Shown here piece after piece: positions 37,124 through 47,057 of a stretch of DNA of 64,000 nucleotides; positions within the stretch are counted from its first letter, which is position 1; the number at the start of each line of letters is the position of its first letter. This DNA comes from Escherichia phage EPFV3-03/2025. Under the pieces are notes generated by a model. It had not been told where the DNA came from. It did no database searches and was given only the letters and a program-made list of their open reading frames with translations. The position numbers were made by a program, and so were the translations under genes. The stretch lies in sequence record PV435126.1; one strand, 5' to 3'.

Positions 37124-37303
37124 ATGGCTATTATTGCAAAAACTGAGATCGTAGGCTTAGATTCTATTCTCCTCGCATATGAGGAAGCTATAGAAATGTA
37201 TGTGGTTTCCTATGGTGAGTATATCCGTGAATATAAATCTATTGATCTGGCTTTTGAATGTTATATTCGCCAGGTAAATAAAGCATATGATGATTATCGT
37301 TAA
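37124..37303 (+). CDS. hypothetical protein (59 aa)
   Basis: ATG 37124 with leader aaagaggataaaaatcATG; below track cutoff. Confidence 0.45.
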   Translation: MAIIAKTEIVGLDSILLAYEEAIEMYVVSYGEYIREYKSIDLAFECYIRQVNKAYDDYR

Positions 37304-37394
37304 AATAGTTTGGCAACAAACAACCATCTAACAAAGCATAATACATAAGGTGGTAGAATGATCCTCCACCCGGAACAAAGAAGAGGTAAACACC

Positions 37395-37640
37395 ATGAAA
37401 AGCAATAAAGGTTATAACGGTTACAAAAACAAAACTCATTGGAATGTAAGCCTTTGGATTAATAACGATGAGTCATTGTACCGGTTGGCCCAAAGCTTTA
37501 TTAACGCTAATGCTAATCGTAATGATGCGGCGCGGGATATGATGCTTTTTCTGGAGCTAACCGGACAAGATAAGACCCCGGACGGCTTCAAGTACAGCAC
37601 TACGGCGATCCGCGCCGCTATGGTTGGAATGAAACACTAA
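37395..37640 (+). CDS. hypothetical protein (81 aa)
   Basis: ORF with leader agaggtaaacaccATG. Confidence 0.5.
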   Translation: MKSNKGYNGYKNKTHWNVSLWINNDESLYRLAQSFINANANRNDAARDMMLFLELTGQDKTPDGFKYSTTAIRAAMVGMKH

Positions 37641-37824
37641 TAGCCGCCTTACCCTGGGGCCGTGGCAGCGGCCCTATGAATAAGGTTACTAACAGAAGAG
37701 AATAAACACCATGAAACAAAAATTAATTGATGCTGTGATCCTGGTTATTGCCCTGGGTATTGGCCTGATTGCAACCATGGCTAATGTGATCTTGTCTTCC
37801 AACGGTATCGGGTGAGGTTGACAA

Positions 37825-38040
37825 ATGATCACTAACAAAACAGGCAAAACAGAATTTTTACGCAACTTACAGATCGGCAAGCCTGAGATCTGGTACTGCA
37901 CTAAAACACCGCGTGACGAAATGAAAGACTTCACCGCCACGCTGAAGCGGGTAAAGATATCCATTACGCAGAAAAAAGCCTTGATAGTGGTGGAAGGTGA
38001 GATCCCTCAAGCCGTTGTTATAGTTGAGCGTACAGCATAG
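37825..38040 (+). CDS. hypothetical protein (71 aa)
   Basis: ORF in small-gene array. Confidence 0.45.
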   Translation: MITNKTGKTEFLRNLQIGKPEIWYCTKTPRDEMKDFTATLKRVKISITQKKALIVVEGEIPQAVVIVERTA

Positions 38041-38129
38041 TTTAATCTATACCGTACGCCCCATTAACTAACAAAGCATAAACAGGCGGCGGTAACCGCC
38101 TTAAACGCAGCAGAAAGAGGATAGACAAC

Positions 38130-38414
38130 ATGAAAAAGATGATCGCAGTGGTTGCCCTGGTTATTGGACTTAATGCGCCTGTAATGGCTAAAGAGCTGGC
38201 AAAAGAGGTAGATCTAACTGATATCCATGCCGTCAATCAAATCGGTGTTACTTATCGGTTATGCCTTGCCGCAAAAACTTTCCAGGACGGCACAACAGAG
38301 TACTACGGATTCGAAGGCATCCGGTGCGGTGAGCTTGCTCGCGACCTTAAGGAAGATCCAGACCTGGAGGATCTGCCGATAACCGTAAACGGGAAAACTT
38401 ACGTGAACCGTTAA
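38130..38414 (+). CDS. hypothetical secreted protein (94 aa)
   Basis: Signal-peptide-like N-terminus MKKMIAVVALVIGLNAPVMA. Confidence 0.5.
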   Translation: MKKMIAVVALVIGLNAPVMAKELAKEVDLTDIHAVNQIGVTYRLCLAAKTFQDGTTEYYGFEGIRCGELARDLKEDPDLEDLPITVNGKTYVNR

Positions 38415-38416
38415 CC

Positions 38417-38551
38417 ATGAGAAAGATAATTATTACCATGGGGATCGTGGCGGCAATGTTGGCGATCTTTCCCTTTATGGTTAGGTATGTGCTGATCGGT
38501 GTTGTCCTGGTAGTCAGCGATCTGGTGTTATATATTAACTCATTGTTTTAG
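38417..38551 (+). CDS. hypothetical small membrane peptide (44 aa)
   Basis: ATG 38417 immediately after upstream stop; single hydrophobic helix. Confidence 0.35.
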   Translation: MRKIIITMGIVAAMLAIFPFMVRYVLIGVVLVVSDLVLYINSLF

Positions 38552-38559
38552 GTGCGATA

Positions 38560-38751
38560 ATGACAGCAGAAGAAGTTAAAAAAGTACTGGCGGTACTGCG
38601 TTATCATAATCATTGCAAGGTGAAGAATGATCCTGATTATCTTGATTCATCCCTTGAAGAGGATACACTACAAGCCATAAGCAACATGCAAGAATTGCTT
38701 AAGCGTATGACAGAGAAAAACCGACCGGACTATATAGGCGAAAAAGTATAA
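38560..38751 (+). CDS. hypothetical protein (63 aa)
   Basis: ORF in small-gene array. Confidence 0.45.
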   Translation: MTAEEVKKVLAVLRYHNHCKVKNDPDYLDSSLEEDTLQAISNMQELLKRMTEKNRPDYIGEKV

Positions 38752-38880
38752 TCTTTATAAACCATAAAACAGGGCTTGTAATGGTCCTGTTTTTTGTTAT
38801 ACTTGTTTCACGGGTGGCACCTGGCGACGGGGGGAGACAATCACCGGTGGTGCCTGTTATATAAAAAACTATAAAAACCG

Positions 38881-38909
38881 TTGACATCTGCCAGGTGGTG
38901 GGGTAACAT
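38881..38909 (+). promoter_or_regulatory. sigma70-type promoter
   Basis: -35 TTGACA 38881-38886, 17-bp spacer, -10 TAACAT 38904-38909. Confidence 0.45.
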
Positions 38910-38963
38910 TTATCTTGAAGGGGCAAAAGTGCCCACACAACAACCAGAAGAGAGGAAAACGCC

Positions 38964-39236
38964 GTGTCAAGCTGGATTAACCAAGAAGTCGAATCACGTT
39001 TTAATGCTATTTGGGATCTCATCGAAAAAGAGGACGGAACATCAAGCCCCTACCTTAATAATCTTGAATTCCATTTTGTGGAAGCGATGAACGCAGAACA
39101 TGATCACGAAGGCGGCGCGGATGAGTTCGCTAAAGGGTATGGCTTCACCAATGCCAACGAAATGATCGAGGCGGTTGTACTCCAGGCTGAGGAAGATTAT
39201 CAATTAAAAACACTTGAATTTTGCCGCCGTAAGTAA
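38964..39236 (+). CDS. hypothetical protein (90 aa)
   Basis: GTG start after AGAGAGG. Confidence 0.45.
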   Translation: MSSWINQEVESRFNAIWDLIEKEDGTSSPYLNNLEFHFVEAMNAEHDHEGGADEFAKGYGFTNANEMIEAVVLQAEEDYQLKTLEFCRRK

Positions 39237-39297
39237 TAAGATAATGACACGGGCCAAAAGGCCCACCAAACCAGAACCCCATAAAGAGGTAAACATC

Positions 39298-39561
39298 ATG
39301 AAACGTCTTGATCAGCTCAAACTAGTTCAGTACATGGCCTACAAAGTTCTTGAAGTCCAAAAAGGTAGCAAAAAAGAGGTTTGCGAGAAAGCATATAAGA
39401 TCTTTACCCGTAAAAAAGATGATTGGATGTTACGCCAGACCAAAAAGGCTGACATCTTGGGGTACCTGGAAGAAGAGATCCGGCTTGAAGAGCAAGAAGA
39501 GATCCGCCGCAGTGAGGCAGATTATCAGGCAGCTTGGGAAAGCTGGATGAGCAACAAATAA
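39298..39561 (+). CDS. hypothetical protein (87 aa)
   Basis: Start at ATG 39298 with leader aagaggtaaacatcATG. Confidence 0.5.
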   Translation: MKRLDQLKLVQYMAYKVLEVQKGSKKEVCEKAYKIFTRKKDDWMLRQTKKADILGYLEEEIRLEEQEEIRRSEADYQAAWESWMSNK

Positions 39562-39628
39562 TACAACAAGTTACGGTCAGGGGGGGCAATAAAGCCCCTT
39601 GATCACATAAAAATTATGCTATCCCTGG

Positions 39629-39657
39629 TTGACAGGGATCGGCAGTTTTGCTATATT
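39629..39657 (+). promoter_or_regulatory. sigma70-type promoter
   Basis: -35 TTGACA 39629-39634, 17-bp spacer, -10 TATATT 39652-39657. Confidence 0.55.
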
Positions 39658-39706
39658 CTTTTTTGAAGGGAAGTTGTAAGAAAATTAACTAAGAGGTAAA
39701 AACACC

Positions 39707-40126
39707 ATGAACATTAAATCTAATAATCCGGCATATAGCTTTGATAACGCTTTTTGTCACGGTCCGGCGGCGAAAGGATTCGAAATCGATGGTAAACTAA
39801 TTATTGTCAATGTTGACGGGGAAGAGGTTGCAGTATATCCGGTGGCAGACGTTAAAAGCCGTCTACAATGCCGCATGGATGTTACCGCCTATCAGCTTGA
39901 TCCGGTCCGCATAGTTGCCCTGGTCCTGGAAGAAGAAATTAAAGCAATGCACCACAGCAACAAGTTTATTGGTGACGCTCAAGATAATATGAAGGTATGC
40001 CGCCATAAAGTTAATGAAGTGCTTAAAGAATATGGCTTTAAAGATCTGATGATCAAACGTGAGGAAAAATTCCGCTACCGTAACGACCTGGCAAATCGGA
40101 TTTTTGAAATATACGAATCATTATAA
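39707..40126 (+). CDS. hypothetical protein (139 aa)
   Basis: Last gene of plus-strand block; followed by terminator. Confidence 0.55.
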   Translation: MNIKSNNPAYSFDNAFCHGPAAKGFEIDGKLIIVNVDGEEVAVYPVADVKSRLQCRMDVTAYQLDPVRIVALVLEEEIKAMHHSNKFIGDAQDNMKVCRHKVNEVLKEYGFKDLMIKREEKFRYRNDLANRIFEIYESL

Positions 40127-40144
40127 TTTTTTAACTGAATTATC

Positions 40145-40170
40145 AAGGGGCTTAGGCCCCTTTCTTTTTG
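40145..40170 (+). terminator. rho-independent terminator
   Basis: AAGGGG-cttagg-CCCCTT stem-loop followed by TCTTTTTG. Confidence 0.65.
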
Positions 40171-40779
40171 TCTGCTCTTCCCCATACCATAAACGGCCCT
40201 ACCTGACAAGTGGAATAATTGACGAGCCATCAATCCCGCACACTGTACAAATATACATGTAAAATAGCTATTGCATAACCTTTCATTGTGTGGTAGCGGT
40301 GCTATTTTTACCCGTTTTCTCTCCCAAAATTGCACGTAATGCAGCTATTGCACAAAATTTAACCTGATGCACATCTTCAGTATACTGTCAACAATTAAAA
40401 ATCTTTATAAGTCATACACTTACACAAACCAAAAAGCGTGTCCTACGTGAAAAATCGGGTGTAACTATAGCCGACAGATCTCAGAATCCACGTACAATCA
40501 CCATTCTATAGCCTGCAAAGTATTTATTCCAACCACAGAATAACGGAATAGTCAATACTTGTATAAAATAATTATTCGTGTAAACTGCATAACATAAATC
40601 TTCTCATGTGTCAACATTTTTCGTAAACAGTCCGAAATTGTCACGATAGGTTACTATAATCAGAGAAATCTTTAGTCGTCTAATGTTTACTGTACATAAC
40701 TATACTGACTGGAATCATTAGATGACTAAGAGAAAGATAAGAAATAATTAACAATGTAATTGTTTTATCTGCAACAATA

Positions 40780-41170
40780 AGGCAACTATGCAAACGAATG
40801 GCATGGCGCGACGGAGTCGCGACATAATATAAAAGCAGTAACCATCACCCCCGTGATAGTTTGTCTGCAATCTATTAATCAGATCATAGTTGCCTTGTAT
40901 TTAGTTAATCATGACATAACAAGCAGGGCAACTATAGATCTTCTAATAGTTGCCCTGCTTTTATATTATGTCATATATTATTAACTTGTCAATTGTCACC
41001 TTGCTAATTGTTTTCATGCAAACGAATGTCATGGCTTATCATCTCTGTGTAAACTGTCAATGTGTAAACAGTCTACGCAGGAACAATCTATACGTGAACA
41101 GTGAAACATGAAATAATAACAGTCGTTATTGTGTCGAAAGTGTCGTATTGTGTGACATTGTGTCAGACAA
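40780..41170. repeat. iteron/inverted-repeat cluster in non-coding region
   Basis: GGCAACTAT motif 4 times (40782, 40887 rc, 40927, 40946 rc) incl. perfect 15-bp inverted repeat 40921-40935/40946-40960; direct repeats tgcaaacgaatgNcatggc (40790, 41015), gtgtaaacNgtc x2, TTGTGTC x4. Confidence 0.7.
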
Positions 41171-42691
41171 GTTTTTCTCCTCTTTGTCAAGTGCTGCATG
41201 GAAAATTTACAATCTGGTATGGTAGCATTTTTGCGGCCCCGTTTACATGCATGAGTGTATGTATAATCCTTGTTGTGTGGGCGTTTAGACGTCTGGACGG
41301 TCAGAAGTCCGCAGGTTAATATCTAATCTATTGGTCGCTAACTATATCCACCACAAATAATAAGAAATACAATTGTTATATTCGTAAACAGTAACCCATG
41401 TTATCAATCCCTGTATGTATCGCCAGTGGTGCGCATAATGGGTATTATGTTAAATTGCCCGTAATGATAACGATTCTCACAATGATAAGTATTCTCATTC
41501 ATCCACACAAAATAGCTTGCAAATGTTGTGCCACTGTGTGAACGGCCTCGCCTATTAATTTGCCTCACTGCCCCGATATTTGAGAATTGTTATAAGAATG
41601 AGAAGTATTCCCATTCCGTCCGCCTGGCAGCACTCCAGTCGCTACCGGCTCCTGACAGGGTAGCACTCCTGTAGGACAAGCACAAAATCTGGGCATAACT
41701 GGACCTGTTCAGATATTTCTGGCTGACTCTTCAGGTCTGTGTGGGAAAAGCCAACCTCTCCGGCGGGGCAGGGGGGGTCTGCATGGCAGATTTCACCTGG
41801 AGCGAAACCCTTAAGGGTAAGATGGGGTGGTATTACAGGAAAAATTGCAGGTCAATTAAAAAATTTACGTGGTGTATGAAGCCCTCTTCAGGCAGGGCGT
41901 GTATTATGGGATGAAACCCTCTTCAGGTGATGATATTTGTGGGTGTGATATTTGCTGGAAAGCCAGATATGACGGGGCTCCCGGCGGGGATGGGGTAGTA
42001 CAGGCAGGGAAAATGTGGGGATGTGGTGTGGTAAATTGATCAGGCAGGTAGGATATGGAATATGTTACAAGTATGTTAAATATGGAGGTAGGATATTTGT
42101 AAGATTTGTGTGTAAAATCAAATACTTATGTGGTGTTGTGGTATTTTCTATAAATAATTCAAGTTTAATAGGTGATATTTGTCTCCATCTACTTTGTGTG
42201 GTAAACAGATTCTAATTGAATTGGTTTACAAGTGTATATAAAGTATACAAATTAAAGATATAAGAAACCCCCCTCCCCCCTTCGGCTACCATTCACCTTT
42301 TCCTCTGACTGGTACTTAAACACTTATTCAGACTCTTCAGGTTATCACCCATATATCATATGGCAGTGACTGGTGTCCTCCGGCCCCTCTTTCGTCACCC
42401 GTCCGCTTCGCCATGCTAATGCCATAGCTAACTGTTCGGTTGTTCACCCTGTTCACTCAGGTGTATCTCCATACCCCTTCAAACCGAAGAGAACAGAAAA
42501 CCCGAATTACTCGGTAAAAGAAAAGAGAAGAACTTAATTTTATCAGGATAGGCAAGAATGTCAAGGCATGACTGCTCACTAAACAAGCAAACAGTCATGT
42601 GTGGGAGGTAAGTGATTGTGGTGGTAGGAAATTTAGTTGAAAGATGTGTTATAGGTGCTTCCAGCACTTTAGCCTGGCAGCTAATTGTGTG

Positions 42692-42907
42692 TCAGTCCAG
42701 CGGTTCATCCTCTACTTCACTGAAATCAATGTTCATGGTCTCTTCCCAACCATCGATCTCAGCACAAGAGTGGAGTTCTTTAGGGTTTACTCCCAAAGCC
42801 TCAGCAACAGAGTCTATATTTAACACCTCTGGCAGGTATGATTCATCGAATTCAAGGTAAATCAGGCCACGAGTGTTGTCAGCTCCACCAAATATTTCTA
42901 TCTTCAT
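42692..42907 (-). CDS. hypothetical acidic protein (71 aa)
   Basis: Last ORF of minus-strand block. Confidence 0.4.
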   Translation of the reverse strand: MKIEIFGGADNTRGLIYLEFDESYLPEVLNIDSVAEALGVNPKELHSCAEIDGWEETMNIDFSEVEDEPLD

Positions 42908-43027
42908 AAAATCTCCTCTGGGAATGAGAGTGTGAACAGGATTATACGTTCCAATGCACTGGAATTTATATACGTTTGCCTCTTCAGGCCATGCTTTAGC
43001 ATGATAAACTTGTGTGGGCTCGGTGCT

Positions 43028-43363
43028 TCATAGTCTGCCACCTCTGAACTCTTCGTTCTCAGGCATGATAGAGAACCAGATGGCTATGATGTCCTCCCAC
43101 GTCAGGTCATCAGCCTCAGGGTCCACCTGGGACGGAGATAGAGAATCCTCAGAATTGAAGTTTTTCTCTGCGGTCGCTTCTTCAGATGTCTCTTTAGGTG
43201 CATGTGTGTTGGTCATGTTCCACCCGTGAGTATTCCGGCAACAGCCGCTATGGACGTAATGATCATCAGGATCACCACCAAAACCTCGGACAATGTTTTC
43301 ATTGCGTATTCCATATTCTTCAAACGATGTGAGGATACTATCACAGGAGCTGTAATGTGTCAA
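43028..43363 (-). CDS. hypothetical acidic protein (111 aa)
   Basis: ORF in co-oriented minus-strand array. Confidence 0.45.
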   Translation of the reverse strand: MTHYSSCDSILTSFEEYGIRNENIVRGFGGDPDDHYVHSGCCRNTHGWNMTNTHAPKETSEEATAEKNFNSEDSLSPSQVDPEADDLTWEDIIAIWFSIMPENEEFRGGRL

Positions 43364-43575
43364 CAGAAACGCCGCGAGGGTTGGTTAAAATCCGAGCGTA
43401 TGGTGATTTGGGTCAAAACGGACGTGCGTTCTCGCTACGCTCGAAATAGAGAGTTGTTTGTAAGCAGCTCTTAAACGCTCTGTAATGATATTAACTACCT
43501 AAGGTATGGAATCGTGCACCAGATAAAGAAAAGGACGCCACAGAGCGTCCTAGGTGCCTTAAATTTGATATTTTG

Positions 43576-43887
43576 CTATACCCATGAGGGCTTGTCTAGG
43601 TTGGAGTAGCTGAAGGGGGTCAAAAGGTGACTGTCAAAATCTTTCAAACTGTCCAAGTCTTTTTCCTCGTCCTGACACCATCTGTGCCTGCATTTATTGT
43701 TGTAGTGCATGGAATGCATAGCGTTCTGCAACTTAACAGGTACAAGTGATTCAGGAGTAGATAGAATTGTTGGGTATGCCAGGACTATCTCAAACAATGG
43801 AAACACATCGAAACTGAAGTCTATTTCTGCTGAGGTTGCTGGCATATAGGAGTATTTAGCTGTCGTTGTAGACATAATCCACCTCAC
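43576..43887 (-). CDS. hypothetical protein (103 aa)
   Basis: ORF in co-oriented array. Confidence 0.45.
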   Translation of the reverse strand: MRWIMSTTTAKYSYMPATSAEIDFSFDVFPLFEIVLAYPTILSTPESLVPVKLQNAMHSMHYNNKCRHRWCQDEEKDLDSLKDFDSHLLTPFSYSNLDKPSWV

Positions 43888-44210
43888 ACAGGCTTGATAA
43901 TACCTTCACCGAATAACTCTTCATATTTAATCTTATCAGGATCCCACTCCTGGATAATTTCGAAGACAATATCCAGCCCAGGGATAATCACTTCTCCGGT
44001 ATCAAGTCTGGCAAGAACAAAACCGGAAGGTTGAATGGTTTCCCAGTTGCGACGATTAGAATAGATAACTTCGAAAATATCGCCAACCGCAATCTGTTGA
44101 TCAAGGTGTTCAAGATTCTCTTTCATATAAACGCAGCGTATTTTCCGTGCAGGCCACAGGCCCCCTGCATCACGTTTATTTAGCTCTTTTACAGTAATCG
44201 GCATTAGCAT
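43884..44210 (-). CDS. hypothetical protein (108 aa)
   Basis: ORF with ATGA overlap with downstream gene. Confidence 0.45.
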   Translation of the reverse strand: MLMPITVKELNKRDAGGLWPARKIRCVYMKENLEHLDQQIAVGDIFEVIYSNRRNWETIQPSGFVLARLDTGEVIIPGLDIVFEIIQEWDPDKIKYEELFGEGIIKPV

Positions 44211-44263
44211 TTCTGATCTTCTCCATAGATAGTAAAAAGAGGGGCCAAGACCCCTCTTCGTTG

Positions 44264-44569
44264 TTATTCTGCAGAGCGTTTGAACAGAATGTCTGCTTCA
44301 GACATGTGCTCAACCTCTTCTTCGATTTTAGCTCGACGTTTTTCAGCTTCGTAGCGGATATCGAATTCGGTAGCCACCAATGACTTGATAAACTTAGGAG
44401 AATACAGGTGATCCTGTTTCTCGACAAGAATAATATCCTTGATAGCGTCTTTCAGATCTTTAATCTGAAGCTGAAGTTCCACCAGCTCTTCAATTGTTTT
44501 ACGGAGGCGATCACGCTCTGCAGTGTCAGAAGGCAGAGAGGTGAACAGTTCAACTTTAGATTTAGCCAT
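44264..44569 (-). CDS. hypothetical protein (101 aa)
   Basis: ORF in co-oriented array. Confidence 0.45.
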   Translation of the reverse strand: MAKSKVELFTSLPSDTAERDRLRKTIEELVELQLQIKDLKDAIKDIILVEKQDHLYSPKFIKSLVATEFDIRYEAEKRRAKIEEEVEHMSEADILFKRSAE

Positions 44570-44597
44570 AGTAAGAGTCTCCTTATATTGTTTTAAA

Positions 44598-44849
44598 TTA
44601 ACGTTCTACAAAAATACCATTCAGTTCGATAACCAGGAATTTCTGATCTTCACTATCGTCACGTGCTAGCACCTCACAGACGTAACGGTCATCTCCGTCA
44701 TCATCACAGTCAAATACAAGGCTGAGGACTTTATCATGATAAATCTTCGACACTACTGCCTCGTAAGTATTGCCGATTGTGAATCCAAGATAATCCCCGA
44801 TGCATTTGACAACAACATGGTCGCCAGCATTTAAGTCAATCTTCGTCAT
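44598..44849 (-). CDS. hypothetical protein (83 aa)
   Basis: Start moved to ATG 44849 after AAGGAG. Confidence 0.45.
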   Translation of the reverse strand: MTKIDLNAGDHVVVKCIGDYLGFTIGNTYEAVVSKIYHDKVLSLVFDCDDDGDDRYVCEVLARDDSEDQKFLVIELNGIFVER

Positions 44850-45004
44850 TACTGTGCTCCTTGGGTGATAATATGGTATGTAAAACTTTAACCAGAGATG
44901 TGAATAACGCCCCAAAACACACAGATAGCGCTAAAACGGATAAGGCCATCATTAAAGCTTCAGTAAAATCAGTCATTCCTCACCTCTTGTTAGTAACTAT
45001 ACTA

Positions 45005-45268
45005 TCATTTATCTTCGCCGTCAAGAACTTTTTTAAATATCTCAGGAATATCTCCTGTTCTTAGATAGCTCATGACCTCCCAAGGTTTCCACTTGAACTT
45101 CTTGCACAGTAAGGCAGCCGAGATCGTCTCGTTGCGAAAAGAAAGGATATTAATATCCCACTCTGAGAACCCCAATTTCCGAAGAGTGGCTATAGAAATC
45201 CTCACAGCAACCCAACAAGAGAGGCACGCAACAAACGCCACTGCCACAACCCACATCAGGATGTTCAT
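45005..45268 (-). CDS. hypothetical membrane-anchored protein (87 aa)
   Basis: N-terminal hydrophobic helix ILMWVVAVAFVACLSCWVAV. Confidence 0.45.
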   Translation of the reverse strand: MNILMWVVAVAFVACLSCWVAVRISIATLRKLGFSEWDINILSFRNETISAALLCKKFKWKPWEVMSYLRTGDIPEIFKKVLDGEDK

Positions 45269-45357
45269 ACAGCCCCCTTAATGAAATACAAGGCATAGTG
45301 TTAAGGTTGCTACCCAGCAAATAATTAACAGTGCCGTTGCAACCTTGGCAAGATTTA

Positions 45358-45645
45358 TCATAGTGTCTCTAAAATTTCATACCCTTCGGGTCGGAAAACA
45401 AGCCACTCAGGTGCTCCATTTGGTCGATACGCTTTATACAGAACAACCTGATCTCGGCACATGCACATGGCTACATAGTTTTCATCAACACCTGCCTCCT
45501 GCATTGCATCTTCTTCTCCGGCAACAGCCTTGCTTACAACTTCCTTGGTAGGCAGGTGGGCGATCAGCTCGTCACCATCGTTAATTCCAAAATGACTGAG
45601 TTCTCCATTGGTATCTTTAATCTTGATCTTAACCAAATCTTTCAT
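45358..45645 (-). CDS. hypothetical protein (95 aa)
   Basis: ORF in tandem small-gene array. Confidence 0.45.
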   Translation of the reverse strand: MKDLVKIKIKDTNGELSHFGINDGDELIAHLPTKEVVSKAVAGEEDAMQEAGVDENYVAMCMCRDQVVLYKAYRPNGAPEWLVFRPEGYEILETL

Positions 45646-45974
45646 TAGTCTTCCTCCAGGTTCAAAGGTCCTAAGATTTCATATGCTAGATTAGAAGTTA
45701 CCAGAGGGTCTTCTGCATCTTTAGTATTATACCATCCGTGAATAACCAGAGTCCCACTTTGCTTCATGTCTAACTGGAACTGTTCTGCCGTTTCCTCATC
45801 CATCTCCAAGATCTCCATGAGGTATTTGATGTTAGGAAGGTATGCAGCTGTTACAGTCCCCTCTACCAGGCCTTCAGGCCAACCTACATCCGGATGACAA
45901 GTAGGGACCAGAGAGGTCAGCTTGATAGTGTATGCTTTTTCTGCACGAGCCTTCAGTAACGGATCAATTTTCAT
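45645..45974 (-). CDS. hypothetical protein (109 aa)
   Basis: ORF in tandem small-gene array. Confidence 0.45.
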   Translation of the reverse strand: MKIDPLLKARAEKAYTIKLTSLVPTCHPDVGWPEGLVEGTVTAAYLPNIKYLMEILEMDEETAEQFQLDMKQSGTLVIHGWYNTKDAEDPLVTSNLAYEILGPLNLEED

Positions 45975-46324
45975 TATTCTTCCTCCTCTTCGGTGCCTGC
46001 TTCCAGTAGTAAGTTAAGAACATCTTCAGCAGAAGGTTCGTAGAACTCTTGGCCTTCGTTGTCGATGATGCGATAGTCATCACCCCGAATAATCAGAGGA
46101 TCGTCATCAAAACCTTCAAGACCTTTAACAACGACAACACGGTCGATTGCCATCATTGTAAGAACTTTATCGACATCTTCCTCTGCTACACCATACTGCA
46201 GCAGAATGTCTTTGGTAGGAGGGACAGCATCCACCACAACACCGTTACCAAAACCTTCCGGAAGTTTAGCTAAAATATCTTCCGGAACCACATTCATATC
46301 AAAACCTGTGATCTCTACTTTCAT
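45974..46324 (-). CDS. hypothetical highly acidic protein (116 aa)
   Basis: Strongly acidic, ends GTEEEEE. Confidence 0.5.
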   Translation of the reverse strand: MKVEITGFDMNVVPEDILAKLPEGFGNGVVVDAVPPTKDILLQYGVAEEDVDKVLTMMAIDRVVVVKGLEGFDDDPLIIRGDDYRIIDNEGQEFYEPSAEDVLNLLLEAGTEEEEE

Positions 46325-46585
46325 TTACAGAACCTCTTCGTCAACTACTTCATAAAAATGGCTTGGGATTGCAATGGCGTTCTCGCCTTCACCTAAGAAC
46401 ACTGTCCCACTAACGATTAACATTAGAAGAACGTCTGCGATACCTTCCTCGGGGACGTTGCCAAAACCTTTAATCAGCTCGTAGGTTGGAAGATTTACCT
46501 CTAAGATGTCACCATCTTTGGAGCGGAAATCAACACCATCCTGAATCTCTGCCGTTTCAAGGTTTTTCAATTTAATCTTCATCAA
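46325..46585 (-). CDS. hypothetical protein (86 aa)
   Basis: N-terminus MMKIKLKNL and C-terminus YEVVDEEVL shared with neighbouring small ORFs. Confidence 0.45.
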   Translation of the reverse strand: MMKIKLKNLETAEIQDGVDFRSKDGDILEVNLPTYELIKGFGNVPEEGIADVLLMLIVSGTVFLGEGENAIAIPSHFYEVVDEEVL

Positions 46586-46661
46586 TCAGTCTCCTGTCTT
46601 GTTAAGATGAAGGTATTATTGCACACAGGGTTGGTGTTGTCAACACCTGTGTGGAATAAAA

Positions 46662-47057
46662 TTACTGAAACAGTGCAGATAAATTACCTTCTGGTGGGAA
46701 CTTATCTGCCAAGAACGGAGTCAGAACAGTGGCCTTCTGAAGATCTGGAGTCCACTCGTTGTTCAGAACATCCCAGTAGTACGCAATGTTGCTGTGTGGG
46801 TGCCGCATTACGAACTTTTTCCCTTCGTAGTCAGTTGAAACCTCTACAGAAGAAATAACAACAGAATCTTCAAGAGTTTCTTCATAGAAAGATCCACCCT
46901 CGAATTTCCAACGAGATGCAAGAGCTCCTGCCTTAAACGCTGCAGATAACGGACTGTCGGCAAGAACATACATTTCTTGCACTCTGTCGCTACGATCTTT
47001 GCTTCTTACGTTGTATACAGTATCTGAGCTATACTCAACACGGTATAGACTTACCAT
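46662..47057 (-). CDS. hypothetical protein (131 aa), paralogue of 48860..49258
   Basis: Shares HP-S..YYW..WTP segment with 48860..49258. Confidence 0.5.
   Translation of the reverse strand: MVSLYRVEYSSDTVYNVRSKDRSDRVQEMYVLADSPLSAAFKAGALASRWKFEGGSFYEETLEDSVVISSVEVSTDYEGKKFVMRHPHSNIAYYWDVLNNEWTPDLQKATVLTPFLADKFPPEGNLSALFQ

Noticed and set aside
37710-37784. Short ORF after a strong RBS (24 aa, MKQKLIDAVIPGYCPGYWPDCNHG)
   Set aside because: Too short and not convincingly hydrophobic or structured; possibly a leader peptide, but not supportable as a gene.
41101-41319. 72-aa ORF in the large non-coding region (also 42015-42215, 66 aa)
   Set aside because: Low-complexity translations over repeat DNA, no RBS, isolated from gene arrays.
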